Positions 58,063 to 64,000 of a stretch of 64,000 nt of DNA are shown here, one piece after another. Within the stretch, counting starts at the first letter, position 1. Each line of letters opens with the position of its first letter. The translations under genes and the position numbers were made by a program. A model generated the notes under the pieces. It saw only the letters and a program-made list of their open reading frames with translations. It was not told the DNA's origin and did not search any database. The stretch comes from Candidatus Versatilivorator sp. Its GTDB lineage: Bacteria; Acidobacteriota; Terriglobia; Versatilivoradales; Versatilivoraceae. The stretch spans positions 832,001 to 896,000 of the forward strand of contig OZ242296.1 of assembly GCA_965207735.1 (NCBI GenBank). Reading direction: 5' to 3'.

Positions 58063-58298
58063 AACAATGATGCACAGGATTAACAGGACTTTTTGTTGAT
58101 GGTCCGGTCTACGTGCTCCGGCATGAGAGTGTTCACCCCCTGGGATTCGGCCATTTCCCTTTCATGAAAAACGATTCCCAAACACACTCTCCCAGGCTCT
58201 TGGATTACAGCTCACGAGCACCCGATCCGCGAGCGAGTCAGCATTCGGAGCAGCAGCCTCTCGTCCTGTTAATCCTGTCTATCCTGTGCATCGATGTT
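58063..58298. repeat. MITE-like element with 9-nt-periodic inverted ends
   Basis: AACAATGATGCACAGGATTAACAGGAC ... GTCCTGTTAATCCTGTCTATCCTGTGCATCGATGTT, non-coding interior. Confidence 0.7.
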
Positions 58299-58389
58299 CA
58301 ATAATGCGGCAAATCGAATTAGAGGGCTATTGAGGAAGGATTTTGGAGCCGCCGTCCCCCGATCCACGATGCGTCGGACAGGGCCAGGC

Positions 58390-59001
58390 TCAGGCCGATG
58401 TGGGAATCAGAGGAGGGGCGCTTCGGGATTCGAATTGCGAGATCAGGTCTTCGTGCCGCAGCGTGAGGCCGATATCGTCCCAACCGTTGAGGAGGCAGCG
58501 ACGCCGGAATGGATCGACCTCGAAGCCGAAGCTCATCCCGCCGTCGGCTTGAATCTGCTGCGTCCGCAGGTCGACCGTCATTTGAAAACCCGGGGTTTCC
58601 CGAACGCGTTGAAAAATGGTTTCCACCTGCTCCTCGGAAAGCCGCACCGGGAGCAAACCGTTCTTGAAGCAGTTGTTGAAGAAGATGTCCGCGAACGAGG
58701 GAGCGATGATGCAGCGGAAACCGTAGTCCATCAGCGCCCAGGGGGCGTGCTCCCGCGAGGAGCCGCATCCGAAGTTGGCTCGGGCCACCAGGATGCCGGC
58801 CCCACGATAGCGTTCTTCATTCAACTCAAATTCAGGATTGAGGGCCTCGCCATCCAGAAAGCGCCAATCGTAGAAGAGGAACTGGCCGAAGCCGGTTCGT
58901 TCAATCCGCTTCAGGAACTGCTTGGGAATAATCTGGTCCGTATCCACGTTGGGCAGATCCAGCGGCGCCACCACTCCGTGAACGTTCTCAAAGGATTCCA
59001 T
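58390..59001 (-). CDS. leuD: 3-isopropylmalate dehydratase small subunit
   Basis: [39 protein letters not shown]. Confidence 0.97.
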   Translation of the reverse strand: MESFENVHGVVAPLDLPNVDTDQIIPKQFLKRIERTGFGQFLFYDWRFLDGEALNPEFELNEERYRGAGILVARANFGCGSSREHAPWALMDYGFRCIIAPSFADIFFNNCFKNGLLPVRLSEEQVETIFQRVRETPGFQMTVDLRTQQIQADGGMSFGFEVDPFRRRCLLNGWDDIGLTLRHEDLISQFESRSAPPLIPTSA

Positions 59002-59041
59002 AGTTGGCAACCTCGGTGATCAGGCATGCCCCCGCCCTGCC

Positions 59042-59218
59042 GTGCGGATCATACGAGAGCAAAACAATCGGATATCAACAATCTTTTCGCGACCTTGGTA
59101 CCCCGTCGCGGTTAACCTCAGCGCCTTAGTGGCCTTCGTGGTCCTTCGTGCCCCTTCGTGGATAAGTCTTTATTCTTTTGTCTTTTTTCGGTTGTTTCAG
59201 GCAAGCCGGGCCCCTGCC
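59042..59218. repeat. Dispersed ~170-bp palindromic repeat, copy 3 (between leuC and leuD), followed by a short 'empty' version at 59228-59265
   Basis: Aligns with copies 1 and 2; short version AGATCATCCGAGGGTGAAACAGGGTTGTTTCAGACAAG. Confidence 0.85.
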
Positions 59219-59256
59219 CTGTCGGGCAGATCATCCGAGGGTGAAACAGGGTTGTT

Positions 59257-60660
59257 TCAGACAAGTTCGTACTGCCTGACATCGACCAGATGGCCTTCAA
59301 TGGCCGCGGCCGCCGCCATGATGGGACTGACCAAATGGGTCCGTCCGCCCTTTCCCTGTCTCCCCTCGAAATTACGGTTGGAGGTGGACACGCACCGTTG
59401 GCCCGGGCTGAGAATGTCAGGATTCATCCCCAGGCACATCGAGCACCCCGATTCCCGCCAGTCGAATCCGGACTCCCGAAACAATTGGTGCAGTCCCTCC
59501 TTCTCCGCTTGCCATTTGACCTGTTGAGAGCCGGGCACCACCATGGCCTGAACACCGGAAGAAACACGCCTCCCCTCGACAAAGCGGGCCGCCGATCGCA
59601 GGTCCTCCAGGCGGGAGTTGGTGCAGGATCCGATGAAGACCCGATCCACCGCAATGTCAACCAGCGGCGTGCCCGGTTTCAGAGCCATGTATTCCAGAGC
59701 TCGCTCGGCAGACTTGCGTGCGTTGGGGTCATCGAACTCCGCCGGGTCCGGGACCCGGGAATCAATGGAGGTCACCTGGCCCGGATTGGTGCCCCAGGTG
59801 ACCTGTGGACTCAACCCGGCCGCCTCGATGTGGATGGTGTTGTCGAATTCCGCTCCAGGATCGCCGGCCAACTCCTTCCAGCCGGCAACGGCCTTTTCGA
59901 AATCCGCCGGCGCATACTTTCGGCCCCGGAGATAGTTGAAAGTCGTGTCGTCCGGGGCAATCATCCCGGCCCGGGCGCCTCCCTCGATCGACATGTTGCA
60001 AACGGTCATGCGCTCTTCCATGGTCAGGTCCCGGATGGTTCGGCCGGCGTACTCAATCACCGATCCTGCCCCGCCACTGGTCCCGATCCTGCCGATGATT
60101 GAAAGAATAATATCTTTCGCCTCAACACCATAGGGGCGTTGGCCCTCCACCTGGATCAACAGGGTCCTGGGTTTGTCCTGGAGCAGACACTGGGTGGCCA
60201 GCACATGTTCCACCTCGCTGGTGCCGATCCCGAAAGACAGGGCTCCGAAGGCACCGTGGGTAGAGGTATGGCTGTCTCCGCACACCAGGGTCAACCCGGG
60301 AAGCGTCAGGCCAAGTTCCGGACCGATCACGTGCACGATGCCCTGGAACGGACTGTCCAGATCGAACAGCTCGATCCCGAACTCCCGGCAGTTATCCTCC
60401 AGCGTTCGGACCTGTCTGGCCGCAATGGGGTCGCGGATGGGCAGCCCGCGGTTCGTGGTCGGGATATTGTGGTCCATGGTTGCAAAGGTAAGATCCGGCC
60501 GCCGAACCTTCCTTTCCGCCAGGCGAAGTCCCTCGAACGCCTGCGGGGAGGTCACTTCGTGCACCAGGTGGCGGTCGATGTAGAGGGTGGAGGGTTGGCC
60601 CGGCTCTTCCCGAACCAGGTGGGCTCTCCAGATCTTTTCGAACAGGGTCTGTGGCTTCAT
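59257..60660 (-). CDS. leuC: 3-isopropylmalate dehydratase large subunit
   Basis: [49 protein letters not shown]. Confidence 0.98.
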   Translation of the reverse strand: MKPQTLFEKIWRAHLVREEPGQPSTLYIDRHLVHEVTSPQAFEGLRLAERKVRRPDLTFATMDHNIPTTNRGLPIRDPIAARQVRTLEDNCREFGIELFDLDSPFQGIVHVIGPELGLTLPGLTLVCGDSHTSTHGAFGALSFGIGTSEVEHVLATQCLLQDKPRTLLIQVEGQRPYGVEAKDIILSIIGRIGTSGGAGSVIEYAGRTIRDLTMEERMTVCNMSIEGGARAGMIAPDDTTFNYLRGRKYAPADFEKAVAGWKELAGDPGAEFDNTIHIEAAGLSPQVTWGTNPGQVTSIDSRVPDPAEFDDPNARKSAERALEYMALKPGTPLVDIAVDRVFIGSCTNSRLEDLRSAARFVEGRRVSSGVQAMVVPGSQQVKWQAEKEGLHQLFRESGFDWRESGCSMCLGMNPDILSPGQRCVSTSNRNFEGRQGKGGRTHLVSPIMAAAAAIEGHLVDVRQYELV

Positions 60661-60717
60661 ATTTGAGGAACCCCTCAGTGAATTTCCCGAAGACGATTAT
60701 AACCGCTACGGCAGCAG

Positions 60718-61191
60718 CTAATCGGACCGGATGAAGTGTCCGGATCGGCCACCAGACTTTTCCATGAGACGGATCTTACCGATTTCCATGGTGCGGTCAA
60801 TGGCCTTGCACATATCGTAAATGGTCAGCGCCGCCGCGGACACCGCAACCAGGGCTTCCATCTCGACCCCGGTCCTCCCTTCGGCCAGGGTGGTCGCTTC
60901 GATCTCCACCTCTGCGTCGGAAAGGGTGAATTCCACCTGGACGTGGCTCAGCATCAGGGAATGGCACAACGGGATCCACTGACCGGTGTTCTTGGCGGCC
61001 ATGATGCCCGCCAGCCGCGCGGCCTCCAGGACATTGCCCTTGGCCAGCCGGTTGTTGCGGATCTGGGCGATGGTTTCGGCAGACGCACTGACCTGGCCCC
61101 GGGCGCGGGCTCTCCGTTGAGTGACGGGCTTGGAGGACACGTCCACCATTTGCAGTCTGCCTGAATCGTCGAGGTGAGAAAACTGGCTCAT
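60718..61191 (-). CDS. moaC: Cyclic pyranopterin monophosphate synthase
   Basis: SHLD..G...MVDVS.K, AGIMAAK, IPLCH, TGVEMEAL, TIYDMCKA, KSGG.SG. Confidence 0.97.
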   Translation of the reverse strand: MSQFSHLDDSGRLQMVDVSSKPVTQRRARARGQVSASAETIAQIRNNRLAKGNVLEAARLAGIMAAKNTGQWIPLCHSLMLSHVQVEFTLSDAEVEIEATTLAEGRTGVEMEALVAVSAAALTIYDMCKAIDRTMEIGKIRLMEKSGGRSGHFIRSD

Positions 61192-61238
61192 GCTAAAGCT
61201 CCTCCCGGAAATAGCACGACCGAACCACGGTCCGGGAT

Positions 61239-62480
61239 TCAAAATTCACAGTCGGACAATCCGGTCAGGGGCTCGAAGAGCAGGGCGTCGGATTCCTGTC
61301 CCTCCGACAGCTCTCTGCATTCCAAGGGAACCACCACCAATCCGTTGGCATCGGCCAGGCTGAAGATGTCCGCTGACCCCTTCCAGGACACCGGTCGTAT
61401 CCGGATGTCGCCCGATTCGAGGGTGACGCTTGCCGGCAGCAAGGCCGTGCGGCCCGATTTCTCCAGAATTTTCTCTTGAAGCCGGCCCCTCACTACCGTC
61501 AAGGCTCCGGCCGGCAACCCTTGCAGGACCTGGAGGGCTGGAGCCACGAACAGCTCGAAGGCCACAAAAGTGGAAACGGGATTGCCGGGAAGACCGAAAA
61601 CAAACTGCCGTCCCCGCCTTGCAAAAACCGTGGGTTTGCCCGGACGCATGCTCACCGCTTCGAACTGGATCTGAATGCCGAGTTCCTCGAACACGTCCTC
61701 GACCAGATCGTACTTCCCCGCCGAAACGCCCCCGCTCACCAGCAGAACATCGCTCTGCAAGCCCAGGCGGATTTGCCGTCGGAGCTGGTCCAGGCTATCT
61801 CCGGCGGTGGCCAGGACCCGGGGCGCGCCGCCGTGGCTCACTACCTGGGCGGATAGCGAATAGGCGTTGGAGTTTCGGATCTGTCCCGGACCGGGCTCCT
61901 GATCCACCTCGACCAGTTCGTCGCCTGTGGCCAAAATGGCGGCCACCGGCCGCTGGAACACCCGAACCCGGGACTTCCCCACCGCGGCCAAACCTCCCAT
62001 TTCCAGAACTCCCAGGCGGGTGGAGATTGGCATCAGGAGATCGCCCCGTCTGCGCTCCGAGCCTCTGGGGGCGATGTTGGCTCCCGGAGGGAGCGTTCGA
62101 AGAACCGCCACTTCATCCTCTGACAGCCTCTCGGTATGCTCTACCATAATGACGGCATCGGCGCCCTCGGGGGCAGGCGCACCCGTCATGATCTGAATGG
62201 CCTCTCCCGACTCCAGGACCCGTGACGGAGCTTCCCCCGCCTTGATCTCACCCACACATCGGAGCCGGGCCGGCACCGGATCGAGATCTCGGGACTTGAC
62301 GGCATATCCGTCTCGCATGCTGCGATCGAACGGCGGCTGGTCGAGGTCCAGATGTACCGGCTCGGCCAGAACTCGGCCTTGAGAGGCCAGCAATGGCGCC
62401 ATTTCAGTGGACAGATGGTCGGTCCGGACGGAGCCGCAATGGTCCAGAACGATTTCCCTGGCAGCCTTGACGGTCAGCAT
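61239..62480 (-). CDS. moeA: Molybdopterin molybdotransferase
   Basis: PPFDRS..DGYA, IMTGA..P.GADAV, TGDEL, SGGVS.G.YD, PGKP, GLPGNPVS. Confidence 0.96.
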   Translation of the reverse strand: MLTVKAAREIVLDHCGSVRTDHLSTEMAPLLASQGRVLAEPVHLDLDQPPFDRSMRDGYAVKSRDLDPVPARLRCVGEIKAGEAPSRVLESGEAIQIMTGAPAPEGADAVIMVEHTERLSEDEVAVLRTLPPGANIAPRGSERRRGDLLMPISTRLGVLEMGGLAAVGKSRVRVFQRPVAAILATGDELVEVDQEPGPGQIRNSNAYSLSAQVVSHGGAPRVLATAGDSLDQLRRQIRLGLQSDVLLVSGGVSAGKYDLVEDVFEELGIQIQFEAVSMRPGKPTVFARRGRQFVFGLPGNPVSTFVAFELFVAPALQVLQGLPAGALTVVRGRLQEKILEKSGRTALLPASVTLESGDIRIRPVSWKGSADIFSLADANGLVVVPLECRELSEGQESDALLFEPLTGLSDCEF

Positions 62481-62806
62481 TGGAGAGGTCCCGAGACAAC
62501 AGTTGAATAAGGCCGGCCCGGCGCGCCGGCCGCGATGGAAGCGGTGGCGCAGCATGGGTCGGATTCCAAGGGAGCGATCTGGCCATTCCCTGGCAAAACC
62601 GCCGTTCCCGCAATCCGCGCTCCTATGATACAGGGCTGCCGCTGTCTGCCGGAATCAATTCTTGTGCACTTGGCGACGGTTTCAAGATCGGGTATGCTTC
62701 AATGTCCAAACCCGCGCGGCCGCGGGGTTGGGACGCCATTTCCCGGAAACTTCGGGGGAGCCATTTGACCGACAGCGCTTCCAACCGCAGTTCCCTGCAA
62801 CTCGCC

Positions 62807-63538
62807 ATGGGAAGACTCAGGCCGTTTTGGGTCAGGAATTGGGTCTTTTATTCCCAAGCCTTGTCCAACTTCGGCACCGTGGGAGCCATCGCCCCAAGCT
62901 CACTGCTTCTTGCCAAGGCGGTTGTCCAACCGCTTCAAGACCGCCCGGAGCGTCCCATTTCAGTCCTGGAAGTGGGAGCGGGCACCGGGGTTGTTACCGC
63001 TCAGATCCTCAAAGGTCTCGGCCGGGGGGACCGGCTGGATGTTTACGAGCTGAACCCCAGGTTTTGCGGGTATTTGAGCCGCTTTCTCCGGAAGCAGGAC
63101 CTCCACTCCCGGGGAGTCCGATGCAAGCTCCACAACGCCGACGTTCGTGAATTGAATCAGGCACAGCCCTATGATTTCATTTTCTGCGGAGTTCCCTTCA
63201 ACAGTTTCGATGTGCGAACCGTCGATGAAATCCTGGACGTCCTGATGAACCACTTGACCGACTCCGGCGTGTTGGCTTACTTCGAGTACTCCTTGTCCCA
63301 CCGCGTCAGGAGCCGTTTTCTCAAGCCGCCGGCGCGCGACCGACTCCAAAAAGTCAACCTGAGAATCCGCGGGTTTACCCAAAAACACCAGTTCGCCCAT
63401 CGCAAGGTGTGGTGGAATCTCCCGCCGGCCAATGCCCGCTATTGTCGAAAGGATCCCGCGGTCAGCAGCCTGCCGCAGGCATCCCAGGATCAGCCCACGG
63501 CGCGGCTCAAGCCGTTTCCTCCCCTAGCAGAGCGTTGA
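62807..63538 (+). CDS. Class I SAM-dependent methyltransferase (phospholipid/ornithine-lipid N-methyltransferase-like)
   Basis: [30 protein letters not shown]; start could be 62702. Confidence 0.8.
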   Translation: MGRLRPFWVRNWVFYSQALSNFGTVGAIAPSSLLLAKAVVQPLQDRPERPISVLEVGAGTGVVTAQILKGLGRGDRLDVYELNPRFCGYLSRFLRKQDLHSRGVRCKLHNADVRELNQAQPYDFIFCGVPFNSFDVRTVDEILDVLMNHLTDSGVLAYFEYSLSHRVRSRFLKPPARDRLQKVNLRIRGFTQKHQFAHRKVWWNLPPANARYCRKDPAVSSLPQASQDQPTARLKPFPPLAER

Positions 63539-63569
63539 TGAAAATCCAGCGAAACCGAGGAAAGACATC

Positions 63570-64000
63570 ATGAGGTCTCCCAGTAAATTCTCCCGCTCTT
63601 CCAAACCCTTTGCCCTGTTTCTGGCCGGTGTCGTCTTCTACGCCCTGGTCCTGTGGATAGGGCTCGCCGCCGCCGCGGCGACGGCCCCGATGGAGCCGGA
63701 AGACTCCAGCCTGCCCGAGGGAATGGAGCGGGTGACTTCAGTCGAGGGGATCACCGAATACCGCCTCGACAACGGACTGCGGGTGCTGCTCTTCCCCGAC
63801 CCCTCCAAACCCACCATTACCGTGAATATCACCTACTTGGTGGGATCGCTGCACGAGAGTTACGGCGAGACCGGGATGGCCCACCTGCTGGAGCACCTGG
63901 TCTTCAAAGGAACGCCGAAACACCCCAACATCCCCCAGGAGTTGACCGAGCACGGGGCCCGACCCAACGGCACCACCTGGTTCGACCGGACCAACTATTT
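63570..64000 (+). CDS. M16 (pitrilysin) family zinc peptidase, 5' part (runs off the window)
   Basis: Manually translated from ATG 63570: signal-like segment, [37 protein letters not shown] (HxxEH), [11 protein letters not shown]. Confidence 0.9.
   Translation, partial: MRSPSKFSRSSKPFALFLAGVVFYALVLWIGLAAAAATAPMEPEDSSLPEGMERVTSVEGITEYRLDNGLRVLLFPDPSKPTITVNITYLVGSLHESYGETGMAHLLEHLVFKGTPKHPNIPQELTEHGARPNGTTWFDRTNY

Overview
GC-rich bacterial chromosome segment. Gene content suggests Acidobacteriota (split atp operon, c-subunit with N-terminal extension, long-helix NuoL); this is an inference. Most of the window is housekeeping and energy metabolism: ispF, a form-II-type coxSLMG molybdo-flavoprotein cluster, atpZ/I-B-E, nuoLM, a separate nuoABCDHIJKN cluster lacking nuoEFG, a PQQ dehydrogenase plus pentaheme cytochrome c, trpS-scpAB-rluB, ccsA-hemA-hemC-cobA/hemD, smpB, lutABC, htrA, hrcA-grpE-dnaJ-prmA-rsmE, leuCD and moaC-moeA. 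The most striking structure is a nested mobile stack at 5.6-8.3 kb. An 869-nt ORF-less group II intron (minus strand) sits inside one terminal inverted repeat (TIR) of a ~160-bp MITE-like element. Its EBS1/EBS2 are exactly complementary to that TIR, and an intact IS1182-family element has inserted into the CTAG at the tip of the same TIR. Other notable signals: an ANTAR-type dual-hexaloop attenuator with a structured linker upstream of a porin gene, a 26-aa duplication in the NuoL transverse helix (2M complex I signature), an AT-richer islet with an amber-interrupted HEPN-motif gene and an orphan MauB-like beta-propeller, a degenerate Fic protein, and several dispersed palindromic repeat families. 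No tRNA, rRNA or CRISPR array was seen.
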